Shown: positions 44,151 to 52,852 of the stretch, piece by piece
Numbering within the stretch: position 1 is the stretch's first letter
How the letters are laid out: every line of letters starts with the position of its first letter
Source: an uncultured Oligoflexales bacterium
Lineage (GTDB): Bacteria; Bdellovibrionota_B; Oligoflexia; Oligoflexales; Oligoflexaceae
Length of the DNA stretch: 64,000 nt
Direction: 5' to 3'
Assembly: GCA_964582405.1 (NCBI GenBank)
Contig: CAZOSN010000005.1
Location: 2,382-66,381, forward strand
Translations under genes and position numbers: made by a program
Notes under the pieces: model-generated
Database searches by the model: none
Told to the model about the DNA's origin: nothing
Seen by the model: only the letters and a program-made list of their open reading frames with translations

Positions 44151-45599
44151 TTAACTCAAGGAATTCATCACCGCTTCCCATACCCTTCGGCCAATCAAGG
44201 GCTCCTCGTAGGCCTGGAGTGCGTCATTGTCTGCGGCTGGCGAGTCGCCATCATCTTCCTGAGATCCGTGCAGCCCGAGGTAAGTCATGGGTAGGACTCC
44301 GAGGATCTTTTTCGATAAGATCGTCGCTGTTAGCCAGGGAGAAAGGCCGATGCCATAGCTGATGTGCTCCTGGTTCTGCTCCATTCTGAACCTCGCATAG
44401 GGCTTTAGGACGCCTGCCGTTATTAGAAGAAGAAGTGGGCTGTCGGCGATGAGCCAGTCGATGGCCTGCTCGAGGTCAAAGGCATGAAAGGGGACGTCTT
44501 GCTCGGCATTCTTGCGCAAGCGAATCAGCGAGAATTGTATTGCGTTTGCAGCTTTTTCATAGCGCGTCAACCTACGACCTAGCTCATCATCTTGCGCGAC
44601 CAATTTAGCTGTATGTGCGATACCGTGGGCGGGTTGCAGCTTGTTTATAAAAGCCTGAAACGGTAAATCCTTGACGCTCGGGTATTGGTTATAATCGAAT
44701 GGATTAAAAAATTGGCGCTCCGGTAACTTGCCAGCCGTTTGAGGAGCACGGCATTTCAAGGTTAGCTCCGCAAAGTGGCGGCCGGATTTTTCCGCTACAT
44801 CCGAACTTAGGGTGTAGGCGAGGTGCTTTTCCCGTGCCGCAAGTTGAACTAGAGACTTTTGCAGCCGAGCATCACTCAGGCTCAAAGGTTTGCAGCCCTC
44901 TGCCGTCGCCGAATAATAGCTTTCGAGAACGCAGAAAAAATCGGCTTGTTCTCTTATATGCTTTTGGCATAAATCCCAAACCTGAGATTTCTGCCCCAAA
45001 TTCTGCTTTCTATTGCTGATATAGTGCCCGGATTCACCCATGAGCACTGGTATCAAATCGGCCCGGCCAATCGCTAGGCGGCGCTCGATATAATAGCGCC
45101 CGGCCAGGCTGATCTCGCAGTCATTGATATCGGACGAAGTCATGATCTGGTTCAACGTCTTGCGGGCTTCTAGCAAGTGCTGGCGAGAAGATATTTTTTG
45201 TTTCTGAGCGATTTCATCGATGCGTTGAGTAACCTGCGCAATCGCCTCTCGAAGTTCGACCATTAACTCACGATTTTCGTCGGTCAGTTTCAAAGGTTCG
45301 GTGGCAACCTGGGCCTCCAAGCTATGACCGCTATGTCTTCGCGACCTTGAATCTTGTGCAAGCCACTCGAAGGACCAGAATGGTAATAAGGAGTTAAGCA
45401 TATCGACCAGTCTCTGGGGGGGCATGTCTTGCCCGCTCTTTTGAGACCTTCTTGCCAAAGCTAATGGCCAATCTATGCGAAAGCCATTGCCTTCAAACTT
45501 GAGCCAGGGTGAGCTAGCCAAACAGGAATCGACTAAAGCCCGCAAGACGGGGCTGAGACCTGCGACTTCGATTGTTGAGTTATGTTTATGATCAATCAT
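44151..45599 (-). CDS. hypothetical protein, co-operonic partner of the 1293-aa SNF2 ATPase
   Basis: 482-aa ORF starting 10 nt after the SNF2 stop. No signal peptide, TM helix or catalytic motif recognised. Confidence 0.65.
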   Translation of the reverse strand: MIDHKHNSTIEVAGLSPVLRALVDSCLASSPWLKFEGNGFRIDWPLALARRSQKSGQDMPPQRLVDMLNSLLPFWSFEWLAQDSRSRRHSGHSLEAQVATEPLKLTDENRELMVELREAIAQVTQRIDEIAQKQKISSRQHLLEARKTLNQIMTSSDINDCEISLAGRYYIERRLAIGRADLIPVLMGESGHYISNRKQNLGQKSQVWDLCQKHIREQADFFCVLESYYSATAEGCKPLSLSDARLQKSLVQLAAREKHLAYTLSSDVAEKSGRHFAELTLKCRAPQTAGKLPERQFFNPFDYNQYPSVKDLPFQAFINKLQPAHGIAHTAKLVAQDDELGRRLTRYEKAANAIQFSLIRLRKNAEQDVPFHAFDLEQAIDWLIADSPLLLLITAGVLKPYARFRMEQNQEHISYGIGLSPWLTATILSKKILGVLPMTYLGLHGSQEDDGDSPAADNDALQAYEEPLIGRRVWEAVMNSLS

Positions 45600-45609
45600 G
45601 ATCCATGCC

Positions 45610-48600
45610 TTAATGAGGAAGTAATAGGCGGCGCGAAAACGTCCGGTCGGGATCGACCAAGCTTATGAAACCATCCTGATCCTTCAAGAGCTCAGAGGCA
45701 TCACTAGCGGTTGCTATACCCAAAAGATCTTCTGACAAGCTACGCTTCTCTGCGAAAATCCGCTGAATGGATTGTTCAATTGAGGAAAGGCCAGTTAGCG
45801 TGTGAACAAAAACGGTGCGCTCTTGGCCCATACGATGCGTGCGATCGGTTGCCTGATCTTCGACAGCCGGATTCCACCAGCGATCGAAATGAATCACCCG
45901 GTCAGCTCCGGTTAGATTTAAGCCTACACCTCCCGCCTTAAGGCTCAGGATCAAAATGGGGCATGATTCGCCAGCCCCCCTGAGTCTGCAATTTTCATTA
46001 AATTCGTCAACCATAGCGAGGCGAGTCTCAGCTCCTAAGCCACCGTGGATGAAGGGGATCGTTTCGTGTCTACCAAAACTCAAGGCGCGGCGGATCATGT
46101 CTGCAGCTCCCAAATACTGCGTAAATATTAGAATCCCAGAGCTTTGGCCGCGCAAAGATTCCACCAACTCGCTCAAGGCGCTCAACTTGCTGCTACGTGC
46201 GAGCCAACCTGCAAAGCCGGTAGCCTTGAATCGCTTGCGCATGCGATTTAGGACCAGGGCACGTATTTTGCCCGTTGCCGCTGCCGATGGTCCGTCGATC
46301 TCAGCCAATATATCGGCTTCGTCTTGCTCACCATAGAAAAGATCTGGATGAATGCAGATCTGCTTGAGGTGTAGAATCGCCTTTAAAAACATCGACCGTC
46401 GCGCAAAGGCTTTAATTTCAGAGGTATCCTCGCTCAGGACAGTTTCTACAACCAGTTCATAGAGTTGGGTCTGTTCTTCCGAGAGCTCATAAATCTGATC
46501 CGAAAAAATTTTATCCGGGAGACCGAGTGCCACCTCGGGATCGGATTTGCGCCGGCGCAGGACCACGGGATCCAAACACTCTCTGAGCGGCGCAAGTAAC
46601 AGCAATTTCTGCTCTGAGGATCGTGCAAGCGTCGTATACTTGTGAAAGTCCCCTTGAGCTCCGAGGTACCCTGGATTCAACCAATGAATGAGCGACCATA
46701 GCTCGGACGCGCGGTTTTCGATCGGTGTGCCGGTCAAAACCAACCGATGGCGGCAAATGATCTGATTGGCAGCTTCCGTTACCTGCGCGTCGGAATTTTT
46801 TATAGCCTGAGCCTCATCGAGGACGACGAGATTCCATTCTCTTTTTTTGATTTTGTCAAAATCGAGCCTTAAGCGCGGGTAGGTCATGAGGCAAATGTCG
46901 GCGTCCTCCACCGGCGCTTCACTCTGAACCGCGAACCGTAAACCGGGGGCAAAGCGCGCGAGTTCGCGGCGCCAGTTAAATAAAAGAGATTTAGGCATTA
47001 CCACCAGGGATGGAAGGTCCGAGGACTTCATGATTCGCAGCAGCGCGATCGCTTGCAGGGTTTTACCTAGCCCCATTTCATCAGCAAGGCAGACGCCCAA
47101 GCCAAGATGAAATCTGATATAGCTCCAGGCCACGCCATGGGCTTGATAACCTCGCAAGATGGGCTCAAGATCGGCTACGTGATCCTTCAAGAGCCTGTCT
47201 GCCAAAGGAGCAATGGCTGCGCTATCTAGATCTGTGAGGATCGGCGCTATGCGAATGCCAAGCTGCTGGATGTAGTCTTCCGGCGCTATCTGAGGATCCG
47301 TTGCAGTAATGGCGGCGCGATGAACAGACCAAATATCGACCAACCGGACGTTTTGAAACTTCGCGTAGACTCGCTTTCTAAGGATGAACAGGTCGGTCTT
47401 GGCAAGGTAGACAGCAGCCTCGACCACGAACCCATTCGGTAACCGATAATAGCCATCCTTGGACTTTTGGGCGCCAAACCAGTCCGCCTCGTCAACCTCA
47501 TGACCATCGATTTCAAAATAAGCTCGGGCTTCAAAACGAAGGTCATTGCCGAATTCTGCCAGCAGAATGCTTACGTTATCGCTACTCGATAGGTCCTCTG
47601 ATGGCGCGATTCGGCTGCGATCTTTGAGGAAGTTCAGGATGCTAATCACATTGCTTTTGGCCTCTGCCTTGCCAGCTTCCACGAATTGAACCTTGATCCG
47701 CACATCATCAACCGCGAGGCCGCCATCAATCACAGCAATAGTGCGGGGATCCCAGTAATTTGAGGCATAGGGTGCGGGCTTTTTAGTTACCATAGCTTGG
47801 ACCGGCCATGGTGAAACGCCAAGGAACCAGTCATAGGTTTGGGACCAAGCAGAAGCGCTGGATTGAATGTCAACCTCAGTCCCAACAGCGAGATTAAACC
47901 GATCCCAATCCTCGGTTGAAAGCTGCAAATACCCGCGACTCAGGACTTCGGGACTAAGGAATAATTCAGGCTTGCTGATCATCGCGAAGGCCATATCGAC
48001 AGTTTGCCAAAGCCTGCCATGCGGCCATTGTAGTTGATGAGCCTCGTCGCCGTGAAAATAAGATATGGTAGACGCTGGGTCCGGTGCTGTTTCAAACATT
48101 TGATTGAGGCGTTGGTAGCGCGCCAAGACCGGAATCTTGCGCTGCGAGATTGTTCGTAGTGCCGCGACTTCGGGCTTTATAACACCCGGATCGATCCGCA
48201 CCGAGCCGTCTTTGGTGCCACCTTGCGCCACAGAGACAGAACGCACCAAGATGGCTGAACCCTCGCTGATCGGACGAGTCATTACCTGCTCGCTCAAAAC
48301 GGCCATGACCGACTCACCGCTGAAGCGCTTTGACCAAACCCTTGCGAAGTCTGGCAAATCGAGATGAACATTGTGATAAAGGCGGTTTGCCAAGGCTCGA
48401 TCGACCAGCGATCGCCAAATCATGCTAATGGACTGGATCATCTGGTAAGAGCGTGGCTTGGCTATTGCGATAGCGCCTTGGTCTGAATACCCCCAGCGAG
48501 ACACTGTGTCCGCTTCCATAGACACGCCTTCGGGCCAGACTGCCCCTAAGCTCTGCGCCTCGCAAAGGCTTGCGGCCATGTTCAAAAGCTGAGCGCCGCC

Positions 48601-49491
48601 GATATCAGGCAATAGGCACCAGCTAGACTGCTTAGTCCAATACTCATGCAGCTCTTTTGTACTTCCGACGTTAAGCCTATGGCCAACCTCGGTCAGCCCT
48701 TGTTGAACGAGTAAATTCGCTTCTCGCAAATGTTGATAAAATGCCGACCAGCTTTGCTTTGGGAACGAAAATTGTTGGCCCAGGCGATACTCAGTGGCAA
48801 GCTTCAAGGCCTGATTTAGCTCGTCGATCCCTGCCAGTGCAAAGGCACGGTTATTTTCAGCCTGATCCACCGCTTCGTGTAAGCTCTGCACGACCTCCAG
48901 GATTTTCCGAAATGGCTCGGTCAATAAACCAGGCGCCAAAATTTCTAAGCCCAGCAAGACCTCCACATCCCGCCGTCCCTGGGTCAATACCTGACCCCAC
49001 ATCTTATGGGTACGCCACCTGGGATTCTTAGCACATCGCGCGAGCTGCCCACGCGCCAGGTTTTGCCAGGCAACCGGAGTATCCCCATCGGTCAGCATGT
49101 GATCAATGACGGCAGCGCTAGGTAAGGGAAGCCCCGAGATAAGAACCGGATAGCGTACCCGGAAGCTCGCAGGTTGTTCCACGAACAACCTGATTTCGGG
49201 CAGCAGAGCAGCTAATTTACCGTTTTTGCCCCAAAAACTTTCTGCCTGCTTAGTGTATTGCGCGGCCGTAATGCCTTTGATACCTAAACCCGAAAACACC
49301 GGCAAAACTACGACCCTACCAAAGCTGTCTATGCCGCCATGTATAGTTAGGTCTTTAATATTGCGGAGATAAATTGCCTTCGGCGGTTCGGCTTTGGACT
49401 TTTGGCTCGAACCTCTCTTGGGCAAGTCGTGGGCTAACGGTTGTTCGGTTTCCATAGGCCTACCATTCAAGTTATTGACCAGTGGATCCAT
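45610..49491 (-). CDS. SNF2-family ATPase/helicase with an unassigned N-terminal region of about 780 aa
   Basis: SNF2 core motifs are LRGYQAHGVAW, LADEMGLGKTLQ (Walker A near residue 809), VLDEAQAIKN and LTGTPIENR. Helicase C-terminal motifs are ILSLKAGGVGLNLT and QATDRTHRMGQ. Confidence 0.85.
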   Translation of the reverse strand: MDPLVNNLNGRPMETEQPLAHDLPKRGSSQKSKAEPPKAIYLRNIKDLTIHGGIDSFGRVVVLPVFSGLGIKGITAAQYTKQAESFWGKNGKLAALLPEIRLFVEQPASFRVRYPVLISGLPLPSAAVIDHMLTDGDTPVAWQNLARGQLARCAKNPRWRTHKMWGQVLTQGRRDVEVLLGLEILAPGLLTEPFRKILEVVQSLHEAVDQAENNRAFALAGIDELNQALKLATEYRLGQQFSFPKQSWSAFYQHLREANLLVQQGLTEVGHRLNVGSTKELHEYWTKQSSWCLLPDIGGAQLLNMAASLCEAQSLGAVWPEGVSMEADTVSRWGYSDQGAIAIAKPRSYQMIQSISMIWRSLVDRALANRLYHNVHLDLPDFARVWSKRFSGESVMAVLSEQVMTRPISEGSAILVRSVSVAQGGTKDGSVRIDPGVIKPEVAALRTISQRKIPVLARYQRLNQMFETAPDPASTISYFHGDEAHQLQWPHGRLWQTVDMAFAMISKPELFLSPEVLSRGYLQLSTEDWDRFNLAVGTEVDIQSSASAWSQTYDWFLGVSPWPVQAMVTKKPAPYASNYWDPRTIAVIDGGLAVDDVRIKVQFVEAGKAEAKSNVISILNFLKDRSRIAPSEDLSSSDNVSILLAEFGNDLRFEARAYFEIDGHEVDEADWFGAQKSKDGYYRLPNGFVVEAAVYLAKTDLFILRKRVYAKFQNVRLVDIWSVHRAAITATDPQIAPEDYIQQLGIRIAPILTDLDSAAIAPLADRLLKDHVADLEPILRGYQAHGVAWSYIRFHLGLGVCLADEMGLGKTLQAIALLRIMKSSDLPSLVVMPKSLLFNWRRELARFAPGLRFAVQSEAPVEDADICLMTYPRLRLDFDKIKKREWNLVVLDEAQAIKNSDAQVTEAANQIICRHRLVLTGTPIENRASELWSLIHWLNPGYLGAQGDFHKYTTLARSSEQKLLLLAPLRECLDPVVLRRRKSDPEVALGLPDKIFSDQIYELSEEQTQLYELVVETVLSEDTSEIKAFARRSMFLKAILHLKQICIHPDLFYGEQDEADILAEIDGPSAAATGKIRALVLNRMRKRFKATGFAGWLARSSKLSALSELVESLRGQSSGILIFTQYLGAADMIRRALSFGRHETIPFIHGGLGAETRLAMVDEFNENCRLRGAGESCPILILSLKAGGVGLNLTGADRVIHFDRWWNPAVEDQATDRTHRMGQERTVFVHTLTGLSSIEQSIQRIFAEKRSLSEDLLGIATASDASELLKDQDGFISLVDPDRTFSRRLLLPH

Positions 49492-49551
49492 ACACTAAGT
49501 TGCGGGTATAGTGAAACAAAACAGGTATGCGAAAGAAAATTAGCCACTATT

Positions 49552-49584
49552 TCAGATTCCGCTCAGATTCCGCTCAGATTCCGC
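49552..49584. repeat. perfect tandem repeat, 11-bp unit TCAGATTCCGC x3
   Basis: Read directly. Lies 61-93 nt upstream of the SNF2 start codon. Confidence 0.95.
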
Positions 49585-49660
49585 GTTCGGTCATTCCGCG
49601 TTTCTGTGGTAAAAGCGAGCATCAGAATCAAACAGAAACGCGGAATGACCGAACGCGGAA
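49579..49660. repeat. perfect 29-bp inverted repeat with a 24-nt spacer
   Basis: TTCCGCGTTCGGTCATTCCGCGTTTCTGT (49579..49607) is the exact reverse complement of ACAGAAACGCGGAATGACCGAACGCGGAA (49632..49660). Confidence 0.95.
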
Positions 49661-49977
49661 CCGATCTCGTCTCGCAGACCTGATCTGTTTCAGCATACAT
49701 GACATGACTTTCGAGAGAAGCTATGGGTTCAGGTCTCCACTCCCATAGCTCTCCTGGGGAAAAGTTTCTTGACATGGAAAGACTGAGGTTTTAAGTGACC
49801 TGAGTGCCTGTTTAAAAGGGTCACCTCTTGGTTTTATCAAGACTATCCGAGTGAACCGAGGCGCGGTGTATTTGTGCATAAATAAGCATCGGAAGCGCAG
49901 GGTCAGGGCAGAAAGAATCAAAAAATGACCCTTTTTTAGATAGAATCTGAGACTATTCATTGCGGCGGAGTATGGGT

Positions 49978-50436
49978 ATGAAGACGAAAATTGTCAGCTT
50001 GATGTTCCTAATTTTATCGGGCGGTCAAAGTTGGGCAGAACCTGCGGCGACCAAAGTGGTGATGCAAATTTATGCGAACCAGGACGATTCTATACCCAGC
50101 TCCACTGTGATCTTCGATCAATCCGCGAGCCTTGATATGAGCGTTTGGGAATCGAGCTTCATGCCTTCCAGCTATTTCCACTGTGCGGGCTGGTACTGCG
50201 AAGCTACCCAAGAATACATGGCAATGCGCAAGGTTTGCTTCGTCGGCGATCCGGCGCTGAGCTGTGTTCTTTTGGATCGTAGCCTCCGGATCACAGCACC
50301 GATCCATGAGCATCTTGGGGAAAAATCCTGTGAATCTCACAATGATTTGCTGCAGCTTCGCTATTCGTTGATAAACGACTATGAGAGTCGGGTCTACGCA
50401 TTTGCGCGGGAAATCCCAAGGTGCGCTGAAAAATAA
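49978..50436 (+). CDS. small secreted hypothetical protein
   Basis: Signal peptide MKTKIVSLMFLILSGGQSWA. Several Cys residues. No family recognised. Confidence 0.5.
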   Translation: MKTKIVSLMFLILSGGQSWAEPAATKVVMQIYANQDDSIPSSTVIFDQSASLDMSVWESSFMPSSYFHCAGWYCEATQEYMAMRKVCFVGDPALSCVLLDRSLRITAPIHEHLGEKSCESHNDLLQLRYSLINDYESRVYAFAREIPRCAEK

Positions 50437-50533
50437 ATTCATCAGGGCACGAACTTTGTTTTGACATCATGGCCGTCAGGGAACAAGATGAGAAGAATCG
50501 CTCATCCGGATATTCCTGGACAAAAATCAGGAC

Positions 50534-51835
50534 ATGATCATGTTTGACGTAAGATCAAAGCTTGTAAGATTTCTTGATTTCTCTAAGCCAAAAACGGTGT
50601 TGCATCTGGCTATTTGGATCGCTGCCTGTGCTGTAGGGGGAATCTCGGTCGCATTTGCGCGTGTGGTCAGCGCGGTCCAGGACTACTACTTCGAAGCGTT
50701 TGCGGCGTATCCCATCTCCGTGTCCTTGATCAGTCCAGTCTTTTTTATTGTCGCCACCTGGGTCGTTGTACGCTTCGCCCCTCAAGCCAAAGGCAGTGGT
50801 ATTCCTCAGGTTTTGGTGGCAGTCGAGCACGCTAAGGTTCATTCAAAAGATCCAAATCAATGGATAGAACCGTTTGTATCGATGAAAACCGCGCTCATAA
50901 AAATTATCTCCTCGATCATCGGTCTTTTAGGTGGCGCATCGATTGGGCGCGAAGGACCGACTGTGCAGATCTCAGCGGCTCTTTCGGTTTGGATCGGCCG
51001 ATTTTGCTGCAGATTTGTCCCTCAGCTTGATTTGCGCACCTTTGTTGTTGCTGGTTCAGCCGCTGGAGTCGCTGCGGCGTTTAATACCCCCATTGCCGGA
51101 ATTGCCTTTGCCATAGAGGAGCTTGCTGTCGGCGCGATAAGTTCGTTTAAGCATAATGTGATGCTTGCGATTATTATTTCGGGCATTGTTGCTCAGGGTT
51201 TGAGTGGTGACTATTTGTATTTTGGACATCCCATTGTCCTAAAAACAGCTGTTTGGGTATTGCTCGGTCAGTCGCTTATCATTGGATTCTGCGGCGGTGT
51301 GTTAGGCGGATTCTTTTCTTGGGCTTTGTCGCGAACCTGGGCAGCTCGTTATGGTTGGTTAAAGCGTTCGCTTGTCGCCGGTTTGGTATGTTCACTGGTT
51401 AATTGGTGTGTGAAAGGTGACACAGCGGGATCAGGCTACGAGGTTACGAAAAATCTCTTGGAAAGTCCGAATTTGCAGCAGTATTCACTCGGGTTTCCGG
51501 TGCTAAAACTTTTCGCGACCGTCACCTCCTATTTTTCGGGAATGGCAGGCGGAATATTTTCTCCAAGTTTGTCGATAGGCGCGGGCGTAGGTTTTTTTGT
51601 GGCCAAGGTTTTTGGATTTATCAATTTCAAGGCCTGCGCTTTATTCGGAATGATTGCGTTTTTTTCGGGTGCAATTCAAGCACCGCTAACTGCCGTCATC
51701 ATTGTCATGGAGATGACCGACGAGCATATTTTGGCAATTCCATTCATGATCGCCGCTTTCGTAGCGACCTCTCTCGGAAAACGCTTTATGCACGATTCCC
51801 TTTACTACTATCTGTCATGCAAGGAAATCCAGTAA
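50534..51835 (+). CDS. ClC-family voltage-gated chloride channel/transporter
   Basis: ClC selectivity motifs GSGIPQ, GREGPTVQ and GGIFSPSL. Polytopic. Confidence 0.85.
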   Translation: MIMFDVRSKLVRFLDFSKPKTVLHLAIWIAACAVGGISVAFARVVSAVQDYYFEAFAAYPISVSLISPVFFIVATWVVVRFAPQAKGSGIPQVLVAVEHAKVHSKDPNQWIEPFVSMKTALIKIISSIIGLLGGASIGREGPTVQISAALSVWIGRFCCRFVPQLDLRTFVVAGSAAGVAAAFNTPIAGIAFAIEELAVGAISSFKHNVMLAIIISGIVAQGLSGDYLYFGHPIVLKTAVWVLLGQSLIIGFCGGVLGGFFSWALSRTWAARYGWLKRSLVAGLVCSLVNWCVKGDTAGSGYEVTKNLLESPNLQQYSLGFPVLKLFATVTSYFSGMAGGIFSPSLSIGAGVGFFVAKVFGFINFKACALFGMIAFFSGAIQAPLTAVIIVMEMTDEHILAIPFMIAAFVATSLGKRFMHDSLYYYLSCKEIQ

Positions 51836-51874
51836 GAGCAAGAGTAAAGATCATTTCAATATCAACCATCACGA

Positions 51875-52213
51875 TCATTGCCGGACTTTGTAGTAGTCAG
51901 CAGCCAAAATAAAACTTTTACCAATCTTGAGATAGGGTGCGTGGGTATTGTGATTTTCATCGTCGGATTTAATCCCCTTTTTACCAGTTGTCTGAATACC
52001 CATGGATTCAAATTCCTCAATGATTTTCTGCTTCTCGCTGGATGGTGAACATTTCTGTTCTGCTTTTATACAATATAACAAAGAGCAGTCATCATAAGGG
52101 AGATTTTGTAAAATCGGATATTTTTTAACGGTCTCTAGGATAGCCGACCAATTTGCGTCTGGTTGATCTACGCTCTTTCTCAGACTTCCCTTCGCTTTGA
52201 AGGTTCTTGGCAT
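51875..52213 (-). CDS. hypothetical protein in a low-GC segment
   Basis: 112-aa ORF. Overlaps the upstream ORF by 89 nt in a different frame. No family recognised. Confidence 0.4.
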   Translation of the reverse strand: MPRTFKAKGSLRKSVDQPDANWSAILETVKKYPILQNLPYDDCSLLYCIKAEQKCSPSSEKQKIIEEFESMGIQTTGKKGIKSDDENHNTHAPYLKIGKSFILAADYYKVRQ

Positions 52214-52742
52214 CGGAGTGCAATATTTCTGTGATATATGTTCGGATCAGTTGATGATTTTTCTGTCCGCCGTCTGCTTTGCTGATATAAGCTTCTGGGG
52301 CACCAAGAACAAATCGGTTGATCAATGCTTTTTCTAAAGCTTGTTGTACGGTGTAGTTGTTTTCAACCAAGTTCTTCATGTGATTTAATATCGCTTGAAT
52401 GGAGCGGAGTGAAAACTGCGGTTTTTCTCGCCTGTCTATCCGAGCCAGTTGTGCGAGTTTGTGGTTTCCCTTGAGTTTTTTGTTATAAGCGTCGCCAATG
52501 GTCGTTTGGAGTTGAACGATTATTCCTGCAGCTTCTTTAAAATCGGTATTCAGTTGCTTCCGTCTGGTTGGATTCACCGCTGGAATTTTTTCAGCCCAAT
52601 CGACAGAGATTTTTTCGACTGCCCTTAGCAGATCCTTAGAATCCAATTCTTCCAAATTGTAAAAAACCATGCGACAGGGCAACTCTGATCCTCGGTGGAC
52701 TTCGCCTAACACAGGCTTCAGAGCCTGTGGCGCTACGCGCAT
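52125..52742 (-). CDS. hypothetical protein in a low-GC segment
   Basis: 205-aa ORF. No motif recognised. Hand counts give roughly 35-40% G+C. Confidence 0.5.
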   Translation of the reverse strand: MRVAPQALKPVLGEVHRGSELPCRMVFYNLEELDSKDLLRAVEKISVDWAEKIPAVNPTRRKQLNTDFKEAAGIIVQLQTTIGDAYNKKLKGNHKLAQLARIDRREKPQFSLRSIQAILNHMKNLVENNYTVQQALEKALINRFVLGAPEAYISKADGGQKNHQLIRTYITEILHSDAKNLQSEGKSEKERRSTRRKLVGYPRDR

Positions 52743-52852
52743 TCGATCCTTTTGTCTCCGGAATATTTAAATTGGCTCCTCAGGGAATCGATTTTCTGCC
52801 CATCGAAGATGGCTTAAAGCAATTACCAGCAATTTTGTCGGGCAAGAGCGCT

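Noticed and set aside
49527-49775. 73-aa and 70-aa ORFs across the 29-bp inverted repeat
   Set aside because: They are mirror-image ORFs generated by the palindrome, on both strands. No RBS or motif is present.
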